A model generated the notes under the pieces. The model saw only the letters and a list, made by a program, of their open reading frames with translations, had not been told where the DNA came from and ran no database searches. A stretch of 64,000 nt of DNA from Thermomicrobiales bacterium (lineage in GTDB: Bacteria; Chloroflexota; Chloroflexia; Thermomicrobiales; UBA6265). The stretch lies in NCBI GenBank assembly GCA_041390825.1, contig JAWKPF010000004.1:129088-193087 (forward strand), in the 5' to 3' direction. The position numbers and the translations under genes are program-made. Each line of letters begins with the position of its first letter. Position 1 is the stretch's first letter. Below, piece by piece: positions 43,984 through 53,000 of this stretch.

Positions 43984-45156
43984 TTATGCGCTCGGGGCGC
44001 TGAGGTACTGGCCGGCGACGAAGCCGGTGAGATCGCCAGAGGAGATTTCGAACCAGACGAGACCTTCGGCTTCGGTGGGACCGCTGACGACGGTGACCGT
44101 CGCGCCGGTTTCCAGTTGGCCGAGCGGATCGCCCTCGGTGGAGGCCGTGGACCGGACGTTGAGCGGACCGTCTGACACCTGAGCTGCCGCGCCAACTGTG
44201 ATGCCACCGGTGAGGAAGTCGCCCGCGACATAGCCGGTTACGGCCGCGTCACCAGCGCCGAAGGTGACGGGATACCAAGAATAGTCACCACCCAGAACGG
44301 GCGCGTCGTTCACCGTGCCGACCGCGCCGTCGGCCAGTTGGCTGACGACATCGGAGTCGACGGAGGCATCGGCGCGCAGGTTGACCGATTCGCCATCGCC
44401 CGCGATGAAGACATAGGAGCCCGTTGGGAACGTGGACGATGCGGTGGCGGCGCTGGCTTCTGGTGTGGCCGTGGCTTCAGGTGTCTCGGACGATTGCGCG
44501 CCCGCCGCGGCTTCAGTTGTCGTTGCGCTGCTGGCTGCGCCGGGAACCGGGCCGAGATAGACGCCGGCAAGCCAGCCCTGCTCACCGTAGGCAGTATCGA
44601 CCTGATACCAGTCGAGGTCGTCGACCACGTCCGGTCCGCTGACAATGGTGACGAGGTCACCTTCGACCAAGCCGCTGATGACTTCGGATGAGGCGCCGGC
44701 TTCGGCGCGGAGGTTGAGGGAATCGGCCACGATCTCGCGCTCGGTGCCAGGGGCGAGCTGGGCGCCACCCTTGGCGATGCCGAACTGATCGGCGGCGATC
44801 CAACCGGTGATGCCGCCTTCGGTCTCGACCTGATACCAGTCGACTCCGCCGATCGGCTCAGGGCCGGCCAGGACGGTGACCGTGGCGCCTTCGTCGATCT
44901 CGGTCAGGGTGGCGGCTTCTGAGCCGGCCGCGTTCTTGACGCTGGCCTGACCGTTGAGCAGCATGAGCTCGGTGCCATAGGGGTACTTGCCGGTGGAGAG
45001 CGCCGCAGCGGCCGCATCGGCCTCGGTTTGCGGTGTTTCCGTCGCGGCTGGAGTGTCCTGTGCTGCAATGGATCGCGCCGGAATGCCGGTCAGCGATGCT
45101 CCGAGCAAAGCGGCCAGTGCCAGCGAGCCGATTGCTCCGCGTAATCGATGGTTCAT
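43984..45156 (-). CDS. Secreted protein with four bacterial SH3 (SH3b) repeats
   Basis: AGAGGGGA RBS. Signal peptide ending IAAQD. Four repeats of type LN[LV]R...G...V...L..G..VT...GP....G..WY.V....G.GW. Confidence 0.7.
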   Translation of the reverse strand: MNHRLRGAIGSLALAALLGASLTGIPARSIAAQDTPAATETPQTEADAAAAALSTGKYPYGTELMLLNGQASVKNAAGSEAATLTEIDEGATVTVLAGPEPIGGVDWYQVETEGGITGWIAADQFGIAKGGAQLAPGTEREIVADSLNLRAEAGASSEVISGLVEGDLVTIVSGPDVVDDLDWYQVDTAYGEQGWLAGVYLGPVPGAASSATTTEAAAGAQSSETPEATATPEASAATASSTFPTGSYVFIAGDGESVNLRADASVDSDVVSQLADGAVGTVNDAPVLGGDYSWYPVTFGAGDAAVTGYVAGDFLTGGITVGAAAQVSDGPLNVRSTASTEGDPLGQLETGATVTVVSGPTEAEGLVWFEISSGDLTGFVAGQYLSAPSA

Positions 45157-45414
45157 CGTTCCCCTCTTCGTTCTTCGCGGCCGCAGGGTTCGACCGCGGA
45201 TTGGTGCACGGCGTTCGCGGCAGCCACCGCGCGCAACGTGCGGATATCCGAAATGCCTGGCCACACGCGTGCGCGCGTTGCCGGACAGACTGCGCGGGGT
45301 ATCGAACGGTTACGGGGGTAGCCTCATCATAGCAGGATGTGACCGTACACTTCTAGCCGTTCTGGACGTACGCAGGAAACCTGGGCGGTCTATGGGAAGC
45401 GTTGGGGGCGGTCT

Positions 45415-46656
45415 GTGCGGATAACCAGGAGCGACGATGCGCAAACGATCTCGGATCGGCGTGTCGAACTCATCGTTTGGATGCTGGCGCTGACCACCTT
45501 CGCCTATGTCAGCCTGTCGGTTTCGCTCAGCCCGTTGCTGACGTCGATCGCCACGACCTTCGGTGTGTCGGAGAGCGCCGCCGGGCAACTGGCGACGATC
45601 CAGGGTGTGGTGGGAACGATTTCGGCGTTGGTGTCGGCGCCGTGGATGAACCGATATCCGCGGAGAACGTGGCTGCGGGCTGAACTGGCGTTGCTCTGCG
45701 TCGGTGTGGCGCTCGCCGCACTGGCGCCGAGCTTTGCGGTGATTGTGGTTGCCCGGGTGATCACCGGCATTGCCGCGGGGGCTTTGGTGGCGAATTGCTT
45801 CACCGCTGCCGGGGAGGTGGTGCGCGACCCACAACGGCAAGGGCGCGCGGTGGGGATCGTAGCATCGGGCACGACGATTGCCACCATGATCGGATTGCCG
45901 ATGGTCGCTTGGCTGAACGGTCTGTTCGGCTGGCGCTGGGCGATGGCCTGTTTGCTCATCCCGATGGGTCTCGCCCTGGCTGGCACGAGTCTGCTGCCGA
46001 GGGGCGTGCGGGAACATGGCGAAGACGAGAGCCATGGGGAAGCGATCGACAGCGGTGCGTTGCGTCAGGTCATGCGAGGAGACCGGGCCGCGCTGGTGCT
46101 GATCGTGGTTGGCGGGATCATCTTCGTGGCGTATATCGGATGGGTGACGTATTACAGCGCATATGTCGAGCGCGATTTCGACGGCGACGCGCGGCTTATT
46201 GGTTTGCTCTTTCTGGTTGGGGGCGTATTCGAGCTGGCAGGCAACTTTCTCGCGCCGGCGCTTTCGCATCGGGCGCCGGTGCGGTGGATCACGATTGCGG
46301 GCGCGGCCGGGATCGCGCTGGCATTGCTCGGTAGCGGTGTCGTCTTTCGCACGACCACCGGGTTGATTGCCGGGATCGCATTGCTCCATCTTGCGACATC
46401 GTTTGCCTATGTGGGGCTGAACACCTTGCTCTTGCGGCGTCCGGCAGCGATTCGCGGTACCGTGATGGCGTTGTCGTCCGCGGCAGTCGGGTTTGGCGGC
46501 GCGATGGGCGCATTGATCGGCGGAGTTGTGCTTTCGCGGACGGACGACTACGAGTCGATTTTTCATGTATTGGGCGCTGTGATGGCGGCAGGCGCCGCTG
46601 CCCTTGTGGTGGCGCTGCGTTCGAGCGACGAGACTCGCATGGAGCTGGAGGAGTGA
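45415..46656 (+). CDS. MFS transporter
   Basis: About 12 hydrophobic segments. MFS loop motif between TM2 and TM3 (APWMNRYPRR). Start uncertain (GTG). Confidence 0.75.
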   Translation: MRITRSDDAQTISDRRVELIVWMLALTTFAYVSLSVSLSPLLTSIATTFGVSESAAGQLATIQGVVGTISALVSAPWMNRYPRRTWLRAELALLCVGVALAALAPSFAVIVVARVITGIAAGALVANCFTAAGEVVRDPQRQGRAVGIVASGTTIATMIGLPMVAWLNGLFGWRWAMACLLIPMGLALAGTSLLPRGVREHGEDESHGEAIDSGALRQVMRGDRAALVLIVVGGIIFVAYIGWVTYYSAYVERDFDGDARLIGLLFLVGGVFELAGNFLAPALSHRAPVRWITIAGAAGIALALLGSGVVFRTTTGLIAGIALLHLATSFAYVGLNTLLLRRPAAIRGTVMALSSAAVGFGGAMGALIGGVVLSRTDDYESIFHVLGAVMAAGAAALVVALRSSDETRMELEE

Positions 46657-46658
46657 CG

Positions 46659-47141
46659 ATGAGCGGGTTGATCGATCCTGGACCGATCGAGTTCGATGCG
46701 GAGGTGCTTGGCGAAGGCGGGGGCACGTGGGTGGATGTGCCGCTGAATCTCAAGCAAACCTACGGCAAGGGGAACCTTGTGCCGATCAATGCGACTTTCA
46801 ATGGGACGGCGCCATATCAGGGCATCCTGGCGATGATGGGCGGTGATTGCCCCATGTTGCTGATCCGGAGCGATGTGCGCGCACAGCTCGGGGTAACCGT
46901 GGGCGATCGCGTGCATGTCCGCATCGAGCTCGATACGAAGCCGCGCGTGGTCGAGTTGCCAGAGGATGCGTCGACCGCGGTGGGCGCGAATCCTGAGGCG
47001 CAAGCGGTCTGGGATCGACTCGCGCCGAGTCACCGGCGCGAATATGTCCGCTGGATCGAGGACGCCAAGCGGCCGGAGACGCGCCAACGGCGCATCGAGG
47101 AAACCGTGCGTAAACTGAGCGCAGGTGAGAAACTGCGGTAG
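46659..47141 (+). CDS. DUF1905 plus YdeI/OmpD-associated domain protein
   Basis: GGAGGAG RBS before ATG 46659. C-terminal block SHRREYVRWIEDAKRPETRQRRIEETV is typical of the YdeI family. Confidence 0.6.
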   Translation: MSGLIDPGPIEFDAEVLGEGGGTWVDVPLNLKQTYGKGNLVPINATFNGTAPYQGILAMMGGDCPMLLIRSDVRAQLGVTVGDRVHVRIELDTKPRVVELPEDASTAVGANPEAQAVWDRLAPSHRREYVRWIEDAKRPETRQRRIEETVRKLSAGEKLR

Positions 47142-47177
47142 CGGTCAGCCGTATTCAATCGCAGTGGAGGAGACGAG

Positions 47178-47405
47178 ATGAGCAACGGCCCACTGTTTCC
47201 GAAGAAGTCCGAGACCAACGAGGAGCCGACGACCGGGTCTCAGGTGGAGATCGAACGCTCGGACGATCCGAATTTTGGCAAGACGACGAGCCGTGGACGG
47301 GGTAGTTTGCCGACGATGCAGGGAAAGCAAATCGGCTGCGGCACGTCGGTGTTCGTGCTGATGCTGTTGGTTGCGATCGTGGTGGCTGGGCAAGCGCTGC
47401 TCTAG
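47178..47405 (+). CDS. Small tail-anchored membrane protein, hypothetical
   Basis: Strong GGAGGAG RBS 6 nt upstream. C-terminal TM (CGTSVFVLMLLVAIVVAGQALL). Confidence 0.45.
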   Translation: MSNGPLFPKKSETNEEPTTGSQVEIERSDDPNFGKTTSRGRGSLPTMQGKQIGCGTSVFVLMLLVAIVVAGQALL

Positions 47406-47459
47406 CAGCGACCGTGCAGCGCCGCGACGGGTATTCGTGGATCGTCCCGTCGTTCTTCG

Positions 47460-48320
47460 ATGCGGCACATGCTGGTTTCGATCCTGACACCTTCACTCAA
47501 CCAGCGGGAGTGGTTGGCGGACAATCTCCAGTCCGTGGCCAGACAGAGCTATGCCCAGATCGAGCATGTGGTGATGGATGGTGGCTCCGTCGATGGAAGC
47601 GTCGAGGTGTTGGCCGCGCATTCGCGGCCGGGATTGATCTGGGTCAGTGAACCGGATGCGGGACAGTCTCACGCGCTGAACAAAGCGCTCGCCGCGAGTG
47701 CAGGGGAGATTGTGGGGTGGATCAACGCTGACGATGGCTATGTCGATCGCCGCGCGGTGGAGTTGGCGGCCAACTGTTTCAAGCGTCGCCCCGACGTCGA
47801 TGTGGTGTATGGACATTCTCTTCTCGTTGGGCCCACGAATACCGTCTTGCAGGTCTTGTGGGCGCCTCCCTATTCACGCGCCCTCTCGGGGTACGTCACA
47901 CCGTTTTTTCAGCCAGCGGTTTTCTTCCGCCGCACGGTCCTGGCGGCCGGGTTCGTCGACGAATCGTTGGACTATGTGATGGATTTCGATCTGTGGCGAC
48001 GATTGCGAGAGACCGCCACCTTCCAGCGGATTCCGATCTATGTTGGGCTCGAACGTCATCAGCCAGGCCGCAAGGTCTATTCGGCCGCCTATCGGACCGA
48101 GCGGGCAGCCTATTTTCAGACGAATCTTCCGGAACGTGACCAGTGGCGATTCCGTGGGATGCGCATGACGTATGCGGCGTTCGAGCGGGGAAGCGGCATC
48201 GCGGCGTCGATCCTGGCAGAACGCGACATCGAGCCTGCAGTCGATCTCCGTTGGCCACCGTTGTTCCGCCTTTGGAGGACGCAGCTCGCGTTGCATCGAA
48301 ACGAGCTTCCCGTTACGTGA
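47460..48320 (+). CDS. Family 2 glycosyltransferase
   Basis: N-terminus VSILTPSLNQ, then VVMDGGSVDGS and the DxD-like NADDGY. Confidence 0.8.
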   Translation: MRHMLVSILTPSLNQREWLADNLQSVARQSYAQIEHVVMDGGSVDGSVEVLAAHSRPGLIWVSEPDAGQSHALNKALAASAGEIVGWINADDGYVDRRAVELAANCFKRRPDVDVVYGHSLLVGPTNTVLQVLWAPPYSRALSGYVTPFFQPAVFFRRTVLAAGFVDESLDYVMDFDLWRRLRETATFQRIPIYVGLERHQPGRKVYSAAYRTERAAYFQTNLPERDQWRFRGMRMTYAAFERGSGIAASILAERDIEPAVDLRWPPLFRLWRTQLALHRNELPVT

Positions 48321-48417
48321 GCAACGCACGAGATGGGGCGAAGCGTCGCCACTCTTCCGGGCCGGCATATCGGGATTGGCGGGGTTCGGATCGAACAGAG
48401 ACGCGCAAGACGCGCAA

Positions 48418-48439
48418 ACGCCCGGGAGGTCCCGGGCGT
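48418..48439. terminator. Hairpin between convergent genes (ACGCCCGGGA-GG-TCCCGGGCGT)
   Basis: 10-bp perfect stem. Confidence 0.45.
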
Positions 48440-48473
48440 CTGCACCATTCCGTTGTGTCCGGTTCGAAGCCCT

Positions 48474-50594
48474 CTAGGCGGTGACCGGACCGAGATACCG
48501 ACCCGCCACCCAGCCAGTGACCGAATCGGTTGTGGTGACCTGGAACCAGTAGACTCCATCGATCACGTGCGGATTGACATTGAGGACGCTCACTTGGGCG
48601 CCCTGCGCGAGGCTTTGCAGGATGGTTGCACTGGCGCCGGCGGCGGAGCGCAGATTGACGGGCCCGTCGGCAACGACTGCGACCTCGCCGAGGGCGAACC
48701 CGCCCGTAACGTAGTCGGTCGCGACGAAGCCGGTGATTCCGGCATTCTCGACCTGGTTCCAGTCGTACCCGTCGGCGGTTGTGGTTTCGCCCAGGACGAG
48801 CATTCCGTCGCCGTCGGTCAGGCTGGCCAGAATCTGGCCGCTGGTGCTCGGGGTGGCGCGCAGATTGAGCGGTGGATCGGAGACGAAGATCCAGTCGCCG
48901 GCTCCGAAGGCTCCGGACGGCGGGGTGACCGGGGGCGCATCGGAAAGAGCCAGATATTCGGCCGCCACCCAACCGGAAACGACACCGCTGACATCGATCT
49001 TGTACCAGTCACGGCCATCGACATTGGTGGGACCGCCGGTGATCACCGCGATGGTGCCTTCGAAGATGGTGTCGAGCACGGTGCTATTGACACCAGCTTC
49101 GCTGCGCACGTTGAGCGAATCGGTGGTGACATAGACCACGTCGCCGGTGGACCAACCGACCTTGTCGAGTAGCTCACCTGCAACCCAGCCGGAGCTGCCG
49201 GATTCGGCGGTGACGCGGTACCAGGTATAGCCATCGGCAGCGGATGGGCCGCCTGTGACGGTCAGGAGATCTCCGGTCTTGAGCACGGCGACCACGGAGT
49301 TGCTGATGCCGGCCGCGCTGCGCAGATTGGCAGGTCCGTCCACGACCACCGCGCGATCGCCTGCGGCGAAGTCCCCATTGGGAGACGGGTTCGTGCCGGG
49401 AGTCGCCGTTGGAGACGGATTTGGCTGATTCACCTTCTGGAGGAAATCGGCCGCGACCCAGCCAGTGGCGCTCTCGGCGGTTTGCACCTGGTACCAGGTG
49501 TAGCCGTTGCCGGCCGAGGGGGCGCTCAGGATGGTGAGCACGGCTTCCTGGGGAATGGACTGGATCACCGGGGCACTGGTGCCGGCGGCGGATCGGAGAT
49601 TGATCGGTCCGTCGAACACGAAGACCTGATCGCCGATCGCGAAGGTGGCATTGGCGTCGGGCACGATCTGGAGGGCATCGACGATGACCCAGCCGGTCTG
49701 CCCGGATGACGAGGTGACCTGATACCAGTTGTAGCCATTGGCGGCGACCGGTCCGGAAACGATGGTGAGTTGCGTGCCGATTGCGAGCGAACCGAGCGAG
49801 CTGGAAGAGGTGCCGGCGGCCGAGCGCAGGTTGAGCGGACCTTCGGCGACGACCACTTGATCGCCGGGAACGAAGACATCTCCGGTATCGGCAGGCGCAA
49901 CGGATTCGTCCGCGGCGGAATCGACCGGTTCATCCACAGCGCTGTCGTCAACCGACGGAGCCTCAGCGGGAGGTGGAGCGGTGGTGGCGGTTGGCGAAGG
50001 GCGCAGCCCGGCAGTCGGTTGCGGAGTGACCTCGGAAAGCTCCTCGGTCGCAGCCGGTTCCGCTGGAGGATCGGCGGTGGTGTTCTCGGTGGCGGGAGGC
50101 TCGATCACGGGTGCGTCGGCAGACATCAGGAGGTACATGTCGAGCGAGGCGGAAGGGCTGGCCGCGCTGGTGGTGAAGCGATAGTCGAAGGATGCGGATT
50201 GCCCGGAGGCGACGCCTTCGCCCTGGACCAGGAAGGCGGACGTGCCGTCGGGCAGAGTGCTGTGCTTGAAGCCCCATTCATCGGTCGCGGAGCCGGAGGA
50301 CGTGGTGGTCCAGCGGAAGGTGTTGCCGTCCAGCACGGCGTCGCTGATGGTGAGCGGAGCGATGGCGCCGTTGATGGCCGTCAGGATGACATCGACCCCA
50401 CTGGTGATGGGGATGCAGTCGTCGGGGACCATGGCCTGGAGGGTGACGCCCGGAGGGCAACGATAGACATCGAGCGCGATCGTGCGCGTGGTGTTGTCCT
50501 GGGCAGCGGCCGGCATCGATCCGGCGAGCGGCGTGACAAGCAGTCCAGCCAAGAGTGCCACAATGGCAACGATGTGTCGTAGTCGCATTTGCAT
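48474..50594 (-). CDS. Secreted protein: N-terminal Cys-framed domain, Pro/Ala/Thr linker, six SH3b repeats
   Basis: Signal peptide ending AAAQD. N-terminal DVYRCPPGVTLQAMVPDDCIPITSGVDVIL resembles the giant-protein repeat start. Six LNLRSAAG-type SH3b units. Confidence 0.75.
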   Translation of the reverse strand: MQMRLRHIVAIVALLAGLLVTPLAGSMPAAAQDNTTRTIALDVYRCPPGVTLQAMVPDDCIPITSGVDVILTAINGAIAPLTISDAVLDGNTFRWTTTSSGSATDEWGFKHSTLPDGTSAFLVQGEGVASGQSASFDYRFTTSAASPSASLDMYLLMSADAPVIEPPATENTTADPPAEPAATEELSEVTPQPTAGLRPSPTATTAPPPAEAPSVDDSAVDEPVDSAADESVAPADTGDVFVPGDQVVVAEGPLNLRSAAGTSSSSLGSLAIGTQLTIVSGPVAANGYNWYQVTSSSGQTGWVIVDALQIVPDANATFAIGDQVFVFDGPINLRSAAGTSAPVIQSIPQEAVLTILSAPSAGNGYTWYQVQTAESATGWVAADFLQKVNQPNPSPTATPGTNPSPNGDFAAGDRAVVVDGPANLRSAAGISNSVVAVLKTGDLLTVTGGPSAADGYTWYRVTAESGSSGWVAGELLDKVGWSTGDVVYVTTDSLNVRSEAGVNSTVLDTIFEGTIAVITGGPTNVDGRDWYKIDVSGVVSGWVAAEYLALSDAPPVTPPSGAFGAGDWIFVSDPPLNLRATPSTSGQILASLTDGDGMLVLGETTTADGYDWNQVENAGITGFVATDYVTGGFALGEVAVVADGPVNLRSAAGASATILQSLAQGAQVSVLNVNPHVIDGVYWFQVTTTDSVTGWVAGRYLGPVTA

Positions 50595-50647
50595 GCGGAA
50601 GCCCCCATTCCGTCGTCTGGCAGCGCCCTTCATCGCTGTCAGGGGCC

Positions 50648-50676
50648 ATTATACGCACGTACACCTGTTTTGGGAA
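50648..50676 (-). promoter_or_regulatory. Candidate sigma-70-type promoter for the 48474-50594 gene
   Basis: On the minus strand: TTCCCA, 17 nt, TATAAT, about 50 nt upstream of the start codon. Confidence 0.35.
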
Positions 50677-50882
50677 CCCTGCAAAGCGGGAAATCCCCGC
50701 GTTCGTACGCGGGTAATTGTGCCTTTGCGGTCAAGATGGCCGATCAGAGTGACAGGCAGGCATCGGCTGGTCTGGCGGAACGATCGGGCGAATGACGTGT
50801 TGTGACCGTGAGGCGCGATTCCCCTCGCCATGCTCTGCTGGAGGGCATCAATTGGGGCTATGCGGGCGAACTCACGCCGAAT

Positions 50883-50915
50883 GCAGCCCGTCTCTCCAAC
50901 GGAGAGACGGGCTGC
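50883..50915 (-). terminator. Strong hairpin downstream of the 50936-51688 gene (GCAGCCCGTCTCTCC-AAC-GGAGAGACGGGCTGC)
   Basis: 15-bp perfect stem about 20 nt after the stop. No clear U-tract. Confidence 0.5.
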
Positions 50916-50935
50916 TGGCAGCTGCGGAAGGAATG

Positions 50936-51688
50936 TCAGGCGAGATAGGAATCGTAGGCCCAGCCGGCGGCGGAGCCATCGACCAGTTCGACGTAGCGGA
51001 ATCCATTGCTCAGCTGGTCAGAAGGCCACACCATGGTTCCAGCGGGCATGACCCTGAGGACAGGCGCCGAGAGCGATGCGGACGACCGCAGGTTGAGCGC
51101 CGAGGTGACGCGCAGTTGCCCGATCGGGCCGCCATTGCCTTCGCCATCGCCCCCTCCACCCGAGAGATAGTCGAGCGAGACCCATCCGAGCTGCTGGGCG
51201 TAGCCAACGAGCTGGAAGTTGCCCTGGAAGCTGTCGAAGACTTCGACGCTCGTCCCTTGCGGGAGCGTGCGAATGACGGAATATCCGGTGCTGGGACCGC
51301 TGCGCATGTTCACATAGGCAGACGTGGTCTTGTAGCCGAGGCTTTGCGGAATGTCGGAGCTTCCTCCATTGCCGGTGGCAACGTAGTCGGCATGCACCCA
51401 GCCGATCGTGCCCTGATTCGAGACTTTCATGAATCCGTAGCTTTCCGGACCGACAGCCTGGAGCGGCGATTGGGGTGGAAGGACCCGGATGACGCCGTAG
51501 TCGGCGCCAGGACCAGTGCGGAAGTTGACGTAGTCGGTGGTGCGATAGAAGCCGGATGCGGCCGCGGCGACTTCCTCGTCCTGGGCGGATGCGTTCGAGC
51601 CGAGGAGGGGCAGAGCGGCGACAGCAGTCGCGGCGGCGGACGAGCGCAGGAAGGCACGCCGGGAGAGATTGGATGAAATGGTTTCCAT
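50936..51688 (-). CDS. TAT-leader secreted protein with three SH3b repeats
   Basis: AGAGGA RBS. Leader METISSNLSRRAFLRSSAAATAVAALPLLGSNASAQD. Three SH3b units (VNFRTGPG, VNMRSGPS, LNLRSSAS). Confidence 0.7.
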   Translation of the reverse strand: METISSNLSRRAFLRSSAAATAVAALPLLGSNASAQDEEVAAAASGFYRTTDYVNFRTGPGADYGVIRVLPPQSPLQAVGPESYGFMKVSNQGTIGWVHADYVATGNGGSSDIPQSLGYKTTSAYVNMRSGPSTGYSVIRTLPQGTSVEVFDSFQGNFQLVGYAQQLGWVSLDYLSGGGGDGEGNGGPIGQLRVTSALNLRSSASLSAPVLRVMPAGTMVWPSDQLSNGFRYVELVDGSAAGWAYDSYLA

Positions 51689-52051
51689 GATGGTTTTCCT
51701 CTTATCGAATGAAACGATTAGCAACACGATGACGAACTTTTGGGTAGCAACGGGATCACCCACGCGACGATGGGGGCGGGGCGTTCCGGAATCGGGCGGT
51801 CGTGGCATAGGCCCCGGCGAGACGGCAGGGACGCTCCTTGCAACGACCGGTGGTTGGCGATGGCGGATCCTTTCATGTCCGGGCGATTCGGGTATCGCCT
51901 CACTGAAGCTGAGTGTGGCAGCGGGGACCGGGATTGTCTCTCGGTAGGATGCAGTAATTCTTCATAAGAAGGTGCGGATTGGTAGATCGACGTAGAAGGC
52001 ACGCAGCACGCGGTAGGCAGCAGGCAGAACGATCGGGGTCTTGCTCGGCGT

Positions 52052-52780
52052 TCAGGGGCGATAGGCGGCGATGAGGGTGTGTCCGGCGCGCGCCCAGGGG
52101 ATATCGATGCGGGTGTAGCCGGTCTGACGGAGCCAGTCGATCTGGTCGACGAGGGGGGAGGGGAAGTCCATTTCGAGGTCGGGCCAGGTGTAGATATTCC
52201 AGTGATCGTCGCGAAAGAACTCCCAGGAGGCCGGACTGCCGGAGAGCTCGCGCGATTGACGTTCGACATCCTCGTCCCAGGCGCGGGCGGCATGGCGCAG
52301 GGCGGCGGGGCTGGCTGGTTCGACCAGATCGGCTATGAGGAGCGCGCCGCCGGGGGAAAGGTGGCTGTGCAGATCGGCGAAGAGGCCGCGCTTGGCAGTT
52401 CCCTTCAGATGATGGATCGCAAGGGAGGAAACGATGGCGCGCAGGTCGTTCGGGAGATTTGCGCGCCAGTTGGTGTCGAGTAGTTCGAACGCGCGGGTTT
52501 CCCAGCGGCCAGGATAGGGAGCCAGCGATCGGGCGGTTTCGGCACGCATCTCGACGGAACCGTCGAGCGCGAGGATGGACGCGTTGGGGTATCGCTCCAG
52601 GATGGCGGCTGAGAGCCAACCGGCGCCGGACGCGAGTTCGACGACCTGGAAGGCCTCGTCGCGTTCGGCCGGGATCAGATCGAGGAACGCGTCCCGCAGT
52701 TCATCGCGGCGAGGGGTGAAGACCTTGCCCTGGTCGATGAAGATCTTCGATTCGTCCTCGTTCCAGTTTCGTTCGGTCAT
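52052..52780 (-). CDS. Class I SAM-dependent methyltransferase
   Basis: Motif I VVELASGAGW. ALDGS post-I. IVSSLAIHHL. Confidence 0.7.
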   Translation of the reverse strand: MTERNWNEDESKIFIDQGKVFTPRRDELRDAFLDLIPAERDEAFQVVELASGAGWLSAAILERYPNASILALDGSVEMRAETARSLAPYPGRWETRAFELLDTNWRANLPNDLRAIVSSLAIHHLKGTAKRGLFADLHSHLSPGGALLIADLVEPASPAALRHAARAWDEDVERQSRELSGSPASWEFFRDDHWNIYTWPDLEMDFPSPLVDQIDWLRQTGYTRIDIPWARAGHTLIAAYRP

Positions 52781-52940
52781 GGTTTGCGATCGCCCCTGTC
52801 AGCGTCGAACGACACGGCTGGAGAAGCGGCTTCCCCTTCTTGCTTTCGACTCTTTGCCGTCTTCCAATGGTACGCGCAAGGAGGGACTTGTGATGTGTCA
52901 ACGGGCCGGGATCGACTCGGGGCTTAGGGGCGGAGATGGG

Positions 52941-52980
52941 CCACCCGGCCAGGGCGTGAGCGTGCGTTCTGGCCGGGTGG
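52941..52980 (-). terminator. Hairpin downstream of the molybdoenzyme gene (CCACCCGGCCAG-16 nt-CTGGCCGGGTGG)
   Basis: 12-bp perfect stem about 20 nt after the stop at 53001. Confidence 0.4.
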
Positions 52981-53000
52981 GTAAGCGCGAGGGGCTGTCG

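Noticed and set aside
51689-51960. Possible c-di-AMP (ydaO-type) riboswitch upstream of the SH3b gene; strings such as TGGGTGATCC and ACCCGAATCGCC resemble conserved ydaO blocks
   Set aside because: The blocks occur in the wrong 5'-3' order relative to the ydaO consensus as I remember it, and I could not assemble the pseudo-symmetric helices. It needs an Infernal scan to be sure.
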